In this document: in pieces, positions 1 through 10,923 of the stretch
Layout of the letters: every line of letters begins with the position of its first letter
Numbering within the stretch: position 1 is the stretch's first letter
Origin: Ptychomitrium polyphyllum
Taxonomy: Eukaryota
NCBI GenBank assembly: GCA_973851085.1
Contig: OZ316776.1
Coordinates: 14,818,001-14,882,000, forward strand
Length of the DNA stretch: 64,000 nucleotides
Reading direction: 5' to 3'
Program-made: the position numbers and the translations under genes
Notes under the pieces: generated by a model
Databases searched by the model: none
Told to the model about the DNA's origin: nothing
Seen by the model: only the letters and a program-made list of their open reading frames with translations

Positions 1-576
1 TGGCTACTGATAATGGCTTCTCAAAGTTGGGGAGGAAGGTGAGTATGGCGCAGGCGAATGACTGCAGTGGGAGGGTTGAAACCCGATTAGCTGCCTCTGT
101 ATTGAGAGATGGAAGTTCTCTTTGTAAGAAGATCCAGGACGATTGAGGATCGGGCTAGGCTCCACTGCTAACGAGCAGGGACTCATCTGGTGCAAGTTCT
201 TTAGAAATTTTGCAGTTGGGTTCGAATTGGTGGGGTTTTTTGCTATTGGTTTTGAGTGGGTCATGATGAGCTCTGCCCTTTTGAAGCAGTAGACTGTCCA
301 GTTGGAGGCGCATGAAACTTGCGAAGTGGGAGGTTCTCCCTGCTCCAAGCGCAGTCACAGAGATTGTCAGCTCTGCATGTGGCTAGGTGGTGTTACTCTC
401 CGTGATTATGCTAAAACGTATCTCACTGCGATGAGCAGAGGATGAGGGCACCAGCTTCGTGAGCTATAGAGGCGATTCCCTTCGCGCTTGAAGGCTTGTC
501 CTGCTAATTTTCAGCTCTATTTCCTCCGAGGTCTGTAATTGTATAAACCAGTGGACAGACCTCGGAGCCGTTTGCC

Positions 577-1665
577 ATGGGGTTAAGCTATATAGGAGCT
601 GCGCAAGGAGGTCACACCTTTCGCGCCACACAATCTCTGTCTGTAATCAAACATGAGGATTTCTTGAGAACCGGCTGCACAAAGCTTCTATCTCGTCCGT
701 TGCGTCGCTTCCAGAAGTACCGCCTGTCTGGTGTGCGAGCGAGCTCCGAGCCCCAGGCACTGCGAGTTTTCCCTCCTCAGAAAGTGAGTTTCCAGAGCAT
801 CCGCACCAACGCCCCAGAAGCATCATTTGACGGACAGAGCGCCCAGTTGAACCACCACGCGCACGTTGCAACCGACGCCAGTGAGAGTGGGCTATGGACA
901 TTGCCGTCAATCCAACACGACGTGGGTTTAACGCTTCTGGTTCTCGTAGGAGCATGGGCCTGGGTGAAAGTCTTCGACTTTCTTACAAAGCAGAAGTACC
1001 TGGGGCAGAAGTTGAGCCGGAAGCTGGTGCACATTTCTTCAGGCCTTCTGTTCGCGTCTTGCTGGCCTCTCTACAGCGCTTTCCCGTGTGCACAATACAT
1101 CGCAGCTCTGGTGCCCATCAGCAACGGAATCCGGCTTCTGGTGTATGGCTTGGGCGTCCTCAAGGATGAAGGCTTGGTGAAGTCTGTGTCCCGGGAGGGT
1201 GATCCTCGGGAGCTTCTTCGCGGACCTTTGTACTATGTCGTGGTTTTAGTCTTCAGCACGATTCTCTTCTGGCGTGACTCGCCGGTGGGCGTCATGGCGC
1301 TTGCCATGATGTGTGGGGGTGATGGCATTGCAGATATTGTTGGCAGGCGGTTTGGGGCGAGCAAGCTGCCCTACAATTCCGGCAAGAGCTGGGCTGGCAG
1401 TGTGGCGATGTTCTTGTTCGGGTTGCTTGTTTCGTATGCGTGTATGTGTTACTTCTCATTCATGGGATTCTACCACCTCGACAAGGGAGGGACATTGATC
1501 CGTCTTGCAGCTGTTTCTCTTGCGGCGACGGTCGTTGAGTCGCTCCCCATTTCGACTAAGCTTGATGATAATGTTACTGTTCCTCTGACAACTATCATTT
1601 TGGGAATGCTGCTCTTTCCATCTGGTGGCAATGTGTTCGGACTTCCCCAAGTTAATGTAATGTGA
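577..1665 (+). CDS. Phytol kinase / farnesol kinase (VTE5/FOLK family, CTP-dependent polyprenol kinase), probable plastid transit peptide, intronless
   Basis: 362-aa ORF with family motifs LSRKLVHISSG, SREGDPRELLRGPLYY, CGGDGIADIVGRRFG, KSWAGS, VESLP and DDNVTVP. The N-terminus is Ser/Arg-rich. VTE5 versus FOLK cannot be resolved by eye. Confidence 0.92.
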   Translation: MGLSYIGAAQGGHTFRATQSLSVIKHEDFLRTGCTKLLSRPLRRFQKYRLSGVRASSEPQALRVFPPQKVSFQSIRTNAPEASFDGQSAQLNHHAHVATDASESGLWTLPSIQHDVGLTLLVLVGAWAWVKVFDFLTKQKYLGQKLSRKLVHISSGLLFASCWPLYSAFPCAQYIAALVPISNGIRLLVYGLGVLKDEGLVKSVSREGDPRELLRGPLYYVVVLVFSTILFWRDSPVGVMALAMMCGGDGIADIVGRRFGASKLPYNSGKSWAGSVAMFLFGLLVSYACMCYFSFMGFYHLDKGGTLIRLAAVSLAATVVESLPISTKLDDNVTVPLTTIILGMLLFPSGGNVFGLPQVNVM

Positions 1666-2897
1666 ACTCATCTTGTAGGCTTTCCAACATTTGGTCGACG
1701 ACAGTTGCAGCATGTGTCGGTATGTTCTTTCAAGTTTTATTTTAGTTTCTAGGAAAGTTGATGGTTACTTTAGAATTACAGTCTCATTTCTAATTTATGA
1801 TATGGGTCAATTTGCACCCATACAATATCATACAATTTTGTATTGGATATTTTCACGTCTGGGCATATTGGTGTAGCCATCAGTGTTTTGACAGGGGAGG
1901 CTGTCTGTTTAGATGTTCGACACATTGCTTTTGAGAACGTCATGACGTTAAAGAATAGTACCTGTGCAGCAAAACAGAGCTCCACTTGCCAAATGCTTTC
2001 ATTTAGGAGCTCGATGTGTAGATTCCGTAGTGTCCAAAAAGGTTGCTGCTACCTGTAAGGACGCTTCAACTCATTGCCAGGTTCAGGGATACTATGTAAC
2101 TTGGCCTCAAAATTCAAGTGATGGTCACTGATGTGTATTCTCTAGGTTGTATTAACCTACCCCAGATGTCCTACTTGGGAAGGTCTGCACACAATTAGAT
2201 AGATGACATGATTCTTATCCCATCGACAATTTCACGCCCAACACAGGATCGATATCCCGGATTCTGAAAATGACATTGTGTTGAATTATTCCAAGGACTA
2301 TTCACTTAACAATAATGTTGCATAATTTGGTGTTTTAATTTTTGATTCGAACATTACATATTCAGCACAATTGGATACACCTTCATAATTCACATTGGGA
2401 ACCAAGTTATTAAGAACAAGTTGTGACATATTTGTGAAATTACAGATATTAGTTGCGATTTCAAGTTTCTACAGCCGGCATGCCCTGCCCAACACCCTCG
2501 TCCCGGTAGAATGCTAGAACTAATTAGCTGATACTCATCAAATCGGGGCAGCCTCAGATGATGTACTTGCGGACAGTACTTAGATCCTGCCAATCAAAAA
2601 CGGAAGTAGATCAGTTCCAGATTTTAAACCAATTGAAGTGCATTGGCAAACGGGCTGGTCATTTCATGAAACGCAAAAGCTATGGTCAGCTTCTCCACCT
2701 GATTCGAATGAATTGTCTGCCATCAATGGGCTTGCAAGATGGTAGTTTATGCACTTCACAAGATACCCGCTTGAGTAACACCCGCATATTATGTCAATAT
2801 CGCCTCAGTGTCACGTAGATATCCTTAAAAAAGTGGACAGAGCAACAGTTTCCCGACTCCTTATGAGAAACTAACGCAGCCCTAAGATCTCCTTAGC

Positions 2898-3524
2898 TCA
2901 CTGCTTCACTTTCTTCTCCAAGTCGTAATATTGACGCATGCTCTTAAGTAAGAAGACGGGAATCAGAAAGCCAAAAAAATTATAGTTCCAAAGTATCGCA
3001 TTCGCTACGACCAACGCCCGTCCAAAGAGAAGTAAACTTGCATTCGAAATTTCAGGCTTATTGGCACCCATGCCAAACAGAAACAACATCTCGCTCCATA
3101 TGGAGAACAATCTCCTCCCGTTGTACAACATTGGCACCAAGGATCGGATGAGTACTGAGAATGTGGCTCGTCGATAAGTGTAATTTTCAGACAGAACCTG
3201 ACAAATGAGCAGAAAGAGAGAAGGTGCAGCTCCCTGAAGTGCAATCAGGTCTCCTTGTATGAAGGCAAAGATCATATATACCAGTGGCAGTATCAAGCCA
3301 ATCACAACAGCAAACAAGACGTAGTTCCTGAGAAGTCGGCTCCCATCGAACAACCCAGGTTCCACTTTGGATGTCACAGGGGGAACTACATATCTACTCA
3401 GGACAAAGATGTAGATGGAACTCAGTACTGGAAACGAGAGAATGTCTAGTGGTACCCATCCCTGGACCACGAAATATACACAAATGGCCGCGAAAACTAT
3501 TTGCACCAAGCTCGGTCTCCCCAT
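2898..3524 (-). CDS. Conserved plant multi-pass membrane protein of unknown function
   Basis: Hydrophobic ORF with several TM segments and motifs IGLILPLVY, GD..ALQGAAPSLFLL..QVLSE, FSVLIRSLVPMLYNGRRLF and NFFGFLIPVFL, which resemble an uncharacterised land-plant family. The first ATG is at 3524. A tgcag acceptor at ~3542 suggests a possible upstream exon, so the start is uncertain. Confidence 0.7.
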   Translation of the reverse strand: MGRPSLVQIVFAAICVYFVVQGWVPLDILSFPVLSSIYIFVLSRYVVPPVTSKVEPGLFDGSRLLRNYVLFAVVIGLILPLVYMIFAFIQGDLIALQGAAPSLFLLICQVLSENYTYRRATFSVLIRSLVPMLYNGRRLFSIWSEMLFLFGMGANKPEISNASLLLFGRALVVANAILWNYNFFGFLIPVFLLKSMRQYYDLEKKVKQ

Positions 3525-5015
3525 TGCTTGAACTAAAGTACCTGCAACAGACAATTGGTGAAAGTGGTCTGCGTCTCACTGAGCCTTGAATGACATGAAC
3601 TAAGTTGGCTCTTCTACATTCCTCAAGACACACTAAAGATTTCATACCTCCATCACCAGCTTCACTCTTTCTATCTGACTGCAACCTGTGCTCAGAGTTA
3701 GGATGCACAGTCTCTCATATTGCAGCCACACAAACATTAGCAAGAAGAAAGAAGAATAAGGTCGTGAATCTTCTGACACGTCTAACAGCAATGACAAGTG
3801 TATTTGTCTACAGTTGGTATTCCACCACCTTTGCACACAAGGTGCTGCAGAGGGACTTTCGAACTCGTCCATAAAGCTGCTCATTCCAAAAGTTGAAGCC
3901 ATCAAGCATGAAATAAGGGTAGATTTTAATCTTCAATATCTTACTTAATTGTTTATATAATATAATGTATGGCCACTCTATTTTGTAAGTTAGAAAGATC
4001 AATAGTTATCTCCTCTAGTTGATACATACATTGATCCTACCAACATATAGGTAGCTACATAAACTTATGCTTGTTGCTTAAAGCAATCTAACAAATGTAA
4101 GAAATTAGTTAGGTGGCTCTAAATTTCTAAATAAAATTTAAGATCAAACACTTATGCATTATAACAAAAAAATTTAAAATTAAATTAAAATTCTAAAAAA
4201 ATAAAATTATATATATATATATATATAGACTTACATATATATGTTATGATATCTTTACTTTAATACACCTTTAGAGCTTTTTAAATAGGCTAAATCCATC
4301 TTTTATTTGTAAATGGTTTTATTTACTATGAGCATATGGTAATTATTACTATTCTTTTAAAATTTCCTATTGTGCATATAATAACCAAAACTAAAACATA
4401 CTAAATTTTGATTTATATAAATTCATATAAAATTTCTTAGAAATGATAATCTAATGAAGCAATAGCCAATTTCTAATTATCAAATATGGGCATATAATGA
4501 GTAGCTTTTAAAACATATGTGCCCTTATTTGTGGTAGTATATCTACAAGATCCTTTCATATGAGATAAAAGTTTTTACTTGTAGTATAGTCGTAATGAGG
4601 TTCTATTTTATGAATAAAAAGAACTTCTATATAAAGACAACAATGGAATAGAATAATAAGTAGAAACTAGATATGTAGATACGTACATTAGGTCTTGCAA
4701 ACTATGACAATAAAAAGGAATGCTAATTAGGAACAAAAAGTGCACATTTGATGCTAATTGTATCACGTTACAAAAGCATGAATGAAACTTATTAGGACTT
4801 ATTAAGTACACCTATTTAACTTCAAATACAAAACTAAAGTTATTTGGAAATCCTACATCTCCTGTTTGTAGGTGCAAATCTTGCAATCAAGAGGTTACAG
4901 TCTCTTGCACATGGTAGAGTATGATGCTCACTCATAACTCATGCCAACTTCATCTTCTGCAAACCAATTGTCGAAGTCTAATGGAATGAATTCTCTCGTG
5001 ATTGCTCGTTGAATC

Positions 5016-5854
5016 TTAAGGAATAACTTCCTCCACCTAAGCACCCTGGTGCTCTGGACTCAGCTTCACTTCTGCATCATCCAAAACGAAAGAGAAACTG
5101 AGCACTGGCTCAACTTCAGAAACACACCAAACTAATCATGAGAAACAATGTAAGTGCTATGGAAAGCTGTCTGACGTGAAAGAAAAAATCAGCAGCTTAA
5201 GATTGCTGAAAATCTGCACATACACAGCTTCATATCTCAACCGAAAATTCAAAATCTAGTGACTCGTGACAGCGAACTCGCTCCTGGAACATTGTGCACA
5301 AATCGAAGAACATGTTTGTGAACTTTCATCAGGCAAGAAACTCCGTTCTCAGAACAACATTAACAGTCAAGTGTAACCTGTGATGCTTCAGACGCGCCTC
5401 CTCATGGCCATGGTTCAATGACTAGGAGTAAGAACCCGAGAAATTGCAAATGACAAGCAGGAATCAGAGCTCGACTCCCGAGATCATCAGCAACAAGCTA
5501 AAAGAGTTTTCGGCACACTACAACTGTAGCAAGACATTCATCAAATTCAGATGAGTCTATTAGACACAAGAAACCAGACCCCTAAGTCTTTACATATTAC
5601 AGCATGGGAAAATTCACCATAATTTCCTTGATTGGCCTGTATAATACTTTCATGAACTTGATAGCTTCCCGGGCCTTGGTCAACAATTTTTCCAAGTCCT
5701 CACCGACACCCACATTCCTGTGCTCGTCGAATTCGTCCCGAATCTGCTTAGCTGCTGCATATAGCATTTCTGGGTCGCCGGCAAAACATTGCTTTCGCGT
5801 TCGAAGTAACGATCTGAAAATCGACAAAGCTTCAGCACTCCTTTTACCTGCCAT
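5016..5854 (-). pseudogene. LYR-motif protein (LYRM7/MZM1-like complex III assembly factor), frameshifted with a premature stop
   Basis: Exon 1 (5854-5618) reads MAGKRSAEALSIFRSLLRTRKQCFAGDPEMLYAAAKQIRDEFDEHRNV...AREAIKFMK. A frameshift at ~5648 leads to SIIQANQGNY and then a GTGAAT donor. The intron is 5617-5072. Exon 2 (5071-5016) reads EVKLSPEHQGA*VEEVIP*, with an in-frame TAG at 5039-5037. Confidence 0.72.
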
Positions 5855-6258
5855 TTCGAGTCGTGTAAAGTTCCTATTTGGTGGATCGCACCTGGAGGAA
5901 TGACATTCCCTCAAGTCTCTTGTCTCTTCGTCTCCATAACGCTCTAGAATCCACTCCAGGTGAGGTCGGTCGCCTATTGTGGCCATACCCTCCGGTTAAA
6001 TGCAAACCAGGGTATCATTCAATAATAAACCCCTCAATTCTGACGGATCGTATGGATTTGCAGAAGTTGCTAAACCTGCCTGTCTGTACACTGTTTCAGT
6101 GATATTTTATGAACCAGTTGGTTAACATCAATCCTACTGCACCGTGGAATCGAGGTTGTGGTTTCTGAGGACGTTTTGAAAGTAGTATGGAAAAGAAATA
6201 GTTACAAGTTTCCTTCAGAAATATCCACCTTTTAAAAAATAAAGAGTCTGCACCGAAA

Positions 6259-7500
6259 TTAAAAAACAGACTGAGAGGTTCCTTGAGGAAAGCTGAGTGA
6301 GAGGAGCACATGACAGATTCTGCAGAAGTCGGGCCTCACCTTCGGATCATTATTCCAACACTTGGAGATGAGCTCTACCATTGCAGGATTTAGTTCAGCT
6401 GGGAGCGTCGGCTTTCGCTTATAAGTCATCACGTCTTGTCGACTCAAATTTTGTTCATAAAGGACATTCCCAGTAACAATTTCGTAGCATGTCATAGCGA
6501 AACTATAAACGTCTGTTTTCTTCAACTGGGCTTCCTTTAGTGGCTTGCCTCTCGTGAGCACCTCAGGAGCTCGGTACAGACCTGTACCCGCAGCAGTGGC
6601 AACGTTTATACCGTTTCCAATGCGATGGGACACCCCGAAGTCGGTAATTTTCACATTAAAGCGCCTACCATGGTCGTAGACCAATACATTTGCTGGCTTG
6701 ATGTTTCTGAGGACAACGTTCTTCGAGTGCAAGAAGTTCAACCCCAATGCTATTTTGTGACACAAATCCCGCGCTTCAGAGTCACTGAAAGGACGAGGTA
6801 GTGATGTCCGAGCTTCCCGGTGTACGATTCGTAAGCGAGAACTGATAAGTTATTGTAGACCCGTGTCCATGCGTTCTGTCATGATCCAGCCACCGTTGCT
6901 ATCCACAGAAAGACCTATCAACCGAGCAATGTGGGATGCTGGAGCTATGTGAGAAACCCTAATTCTTCTATCAGATTCACAGAGAGCACCCTAAACCTCT
7001 TCATGGCAAATGCGCATTCGAGCCAGTTCACTTCGTATACTTTATTGTAACCTCCTTCGCCGATAAGCTACGTCCACACAACATCAGCGGGATCTATTGA
7101 TAGATAATTCGGCATCTTTCTCAGAATTGTTGCTATCTCCAGGCGCGTGTTATCTTCATCGTCTTTCCAGGTGGTCCATTGCAATGCACCTGAGTCCTCT
7201 GTCACCCTCATTTGCTTCTGTAGTACTTGATCACGTGAAGCTCGAATCTCGTCAAGTGTCGCAGATAATTGAAAACCCAGGTCTGTGTTCTGGTTTAGGG
7301 TTCCAACACTTCAGCACAAGTTCCATCACGCTGTGATCAATATTGTAGGGAAGCCCTGACCCTGAAGCCACTGCTTGTCGAATCTCTCCTTCAGCGGTGT
7401 TCTGGCTATTATAGTGGTAGGGTTACCCTGTCAAGATTGCGAAGCAAATCGAAGCAAAAGTATAAACATCTTCAGCCTTTGTAGCTCTGATCTGGAGGTA
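6259..7500 (-). pseudogene. Tandem Ser/Thr/Tyr (Raf/TKL-like) protein kinase pseudogene with two kinase-domain remnants
   Basis: The downstream domain (~7097-6300) reads IDPADVVWT*LIGEGGYNKVYEVNW..FAMK, LT*LQHP(frameshift)HIARLIG, MTERMDTGLQ*, LHSKNVVLRNIKPANVL, ITDFG, GTGLYRAPE, DVYSFAM, CWNNDPKVRPDF. Stops lie at 7070-7068, 6947-6945 and 6852-6850. The upstream C-lobe (~7500-7254) reads EDVYTFASICFAILTG*PY...LVLKCWNPKPEHRPGFSIIC. Confidence 0.85.
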
Positions 7501-10077
7501 ATGATCAATATCCTGGATATAATATAAGCCTGGTTATAAGCCTGGATATTTGTAGCTCTAATCAGTGTCCTGGAATCAGCTGCACTCTTCAATGAGGTGC
7601 AATTGATTTTTCTAGAGAGAATCACACGGGAGGGTCACGGGGAGTGTGTCGGTGCCTGATCAGGTTGCAACATTTGGCGGACTGCTGAATACCGATTCGG
7701 CCGACAATCGACTGTGCTTGTGGGGCCCACATACCGCGGTGATGGGGCATGGCCGTTAGTAGTTAGTAGTCCTTACACCGTAACCAGGGAATGAAGCCAG
7801 GGAATTCCCTTTTTGCTTGCCTTGCAGTTGGAGTATTTCAAGGGTGAGGTAAGGTAGTTTTTCTATATGTGCCCATGTCTTTTTGTGAAGGAAAGATAAA
7901 AAACCTAGTACCAAAAATGGAGCTTGACAAAGTATTATGTTCATGAGTTATGAACTTTTTTCTTCTATGGTTTTTAATATATTTAGGGCATGATTTTGAT
8001 TCTAAAGCTTCTGCTTTTAACAATTTGCTAAAATTGAGTGTGAATCTAAAAAATTTAATTTTTTTTCATTAAATCTTTTTTTTTAAATAGAGAAGTTAGA
8101 GAAGTTGTTCCACTATATATTTGAATCTCCATTTATGTCAAATTGTTTAACGGCATGGTTATAACAAGTCTATTTTAATGTAGTTTGTTAATAGATGGTA
8201 GAAGGAAGCTTTAACAACTACACTATAAGATGTTGTAATTTTATAATGTAGCTTATATTCACTTTTAAAATAATTGGTTTCAATTCCATTTTTGAACTTA
8301 TTCATTTGAACTTTGTTAAGGGACTAAAATTATCTTCAATCACTTTAATAGTAGAGCCATAAAATAACATAAGTTTTTAGTTTAAATAATTGCTAAATTT
8401 AAATTTTCATAGAATTTTATGTTGTTGAATTCATACAAAGATGACTTCATTCCAATAAAACCATTGCTTCAAATTTAGGCATTGTTGTTGTTAGCTAAAT
8501 TTTTTAACTTTTAAATTCTATAATTGAAAAACTATTATTATTCTAGAATAAAACAATAAAAATCAAATAATTGCATTATTTCATAACTAGCATCAACAAA
8601 ATACAAAGTGCTAATTCATTACATTTGAATGTTAGGAGATCCAACCTTTTAGAATCCTAATATATCTCATGAATATATTTTTCTTCAACAACTTTAATTA
8701 AAATAATCATAGAAAGTAGAGTTTGAAATCTAAATTGCTAAAAATACCAATCTATTTTTTCAAAACTTTGCCCATACTTATCTTATTACTCAAATCACAC
8801 ATAACATCATTTTCTAATTCTCACAATTTATAGAAAATGATGTTCCTTGTAATTTGGTTAATTAGATCATCTCACAAATTATGAGAATTAGAAAATTGTA
8901 ACTATCAAATTGGACTTCACAAAATGTGACATGTTTCACAATCGCATTTCCAGACAAATGTTAATCATTTCCCCACATGTTTATCAGGCATGTAAGACAA
9001 GCTTTGAATATTGGCACTTGACCCAATGGGAGGGATATCTTGCACTGTTTCTGAATGTCAAACATAAATCTGGAAAAAAAATTATCCTAAAAAAGGTTGT
9101 AGAGCTTTCTTGCTCTTTTTGCGTTCTATGATGAACCATCGTTTTGTAGGGTGTTCTCATTGATTTAGGGAAAATACAGGAGAAGTGCTTAGCGTCGCCT
9201 CTCATTTCTCCACATTTAATATCATACTTTGGGGAACCTGATTGTGAGTCACTGCGTGTGGCAAAATGTGCCGGAGTGTGGCTGCCATACACCCGCAGAA
9301 CCTTCTATAAGGAGGCAGGCAAGCCTGGCAGGAATCTTGACAGGCAATACTTATTCGCGGTGTGCTAAGTCGCTGAGCTCCAGGAGGCGAATCTGCTTTG
9401 ACATTCTGAACAATCTCCTCCGAAATAAAATGAAAACATGGCATGACTGCTTCTATTCAAAAATGAACTTTGAAGGCCAACGCCAACTCAATCTTTGTAT
9501 CCAATGATGTACTTGATTCATTGGAAAGGTATGTAGCCCAAACTAGATATATGCCACTGGTTGAGCTGCAGGCTGCCGGTGCAGATTCAGCCGAAGAGGT
9601 CCCCCGGCTGTGTCCCATTTACCATCAAACATAAGCCTGGCAGACAACTTACATCTTGACTAGGCGCTGTTGAAATTAGCCTCTTTTAGTTAAAGGACAA
9701 TCTCTTCACCATTAATTCCACCTCAAATTTACAGCAGAGATAGCAAATCTTAGAGCATCTTTTCTTGCTGCAAAGCGTGATTGCACAAGCTAACGGAGTT
9801 CCTGATGTGAACATCAATCTTCAAAATAATGCAAAGATTCTATCCCACAGTTAGTAGAAAGAATTAATATACCTTGCAAGAATTCAAGGCAATCCAGATT
9901 TCTGGATATGCTTACGAAGAATTGGCTGCTCGCCAGAGGTCTCCATAGCCTGGAGTGTATGCATCACGAGTACATGTCACAAGAACTCTGCCGCATATAC
10001 AGACTAGAAGCTCCTGAAATATGAAGCTTTCCTTATAATCTGTAAGTGCTGTAGGATCGAATTATTGCACTTAACAC

Positions 10078-10923
10078 CTAATCAGCGGCGGCAAATACTT
10101 TACTCTCGAGTTGATATGTTTTCGTGAAGAAGAAAGGCCAGCTAAAGTAGGTCGCCAGTACACCGCTGAACGTCGCAGCTCCGAGTAGCATGTTCATGAC
10201 TACAATTTGCAGCTGGATGGCCTCCATTGGAGAAGCTCCGCCCATGATGAGTCCAGTCATAGCCCCCGGCAAAGAGATCAGCCCCACAGTTTTGGCGTTG
10301 TCCAAAACGGGAGAGAGTCCAACCACTAAGGCGCGCCGCACTTGCTTCAAGGCCGCTTGTCTTGGCGTTGCGCCAAGTGCCAAGGCTGTCTCAATCAAAC
10401 CCTGTTGTAATCGCATGTCCTCACGCATCCTCTTCAAGGTCACTCCCGTGACCGTCATGGCGTTCCCCACCATCATGCCTGCCACCGGGATGATATACCT
10501 CGGGGTAAATGGAAACACCTGCAATCCGATCAACAGCAGCATCGTCAACCCCGTCCCGCCCAAAATGGAAGCACCTGAAACATACGCGCCGTTTGGTACA
10601 TGCTTCGCCCTCTTCCCAGCCGTGTACCCCGCCACAGACACCATCAAGCAATAGGCCGCGAGAATCCACAATCTGTTCGTCTGTGTAAAAATGAACTCAA
10701 GCACGAACCCAATGATCGACAACTGAATGAAAGCTCGCGCAATGGAATATGCCATCTCCCTCTCAATCCCAAGCTTCTGCGAAAACGACACACCGATTGC
10801 CACCGCCACCACGGCGAGCGCCAACACCGGCCGCAGCATCCCTTCTGCAAATTCCTCCCAGACATCGCGCCAGTCGACGTCCTTCAATGACGAATACATA
10901 CCTTCCGCGTGCTTCCCCTTCAT
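10078..10923 (-). CDS. ALS3: ALS3/STAR2-like ABC transporter transmembrane subunit (UPF0014/FetB family)
   Basis: Motifs RAFIQLSIIGFVLEFIF, FPFTPRYIIPVAGMMVGNAMTVTGV, IETALALGATPRQA and KTVGLISLPGAMTGLIMGGASP.EAIQLQIVV. The ATG is at 10923, preceded by a likely 5'UTR intron acceptor at 10940-10939. The coding region is uninterrupted. Confidence 0.93.
   Translation of the reverse strand: MKGKHAEGMYSSLKDVDWRDVWEEFAEGMLRPVLALAVVAVAIGVSFSQKLGIEREMAYSIARAFIQLSIIGFVLEFIFTQTNRLWILAAYCLMVSVAGYTAGKRAKHVPNGAYVSGASILGGTGLTMLLLIGLQVFPFTPRYIIPVAGMMVGNAMTVTGVTLKRMREDMRLQQGLIETALALGATPRQAALKQVRRALVVGLSPVLDNAKTVGLISLPGAMTGLIMGGASPMEAIQLQIVVMNMLLGAATFSGVLATYFSWPFFFTKTYQLESKVFAAAD

Noticed and set aside
6259..6765. 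168-aa kinase ORF as a functional gene
   Set aside because: It has a non-ATG start, an N-lobe broken by three stops and a frameshift, and a lost catalytic HRD.
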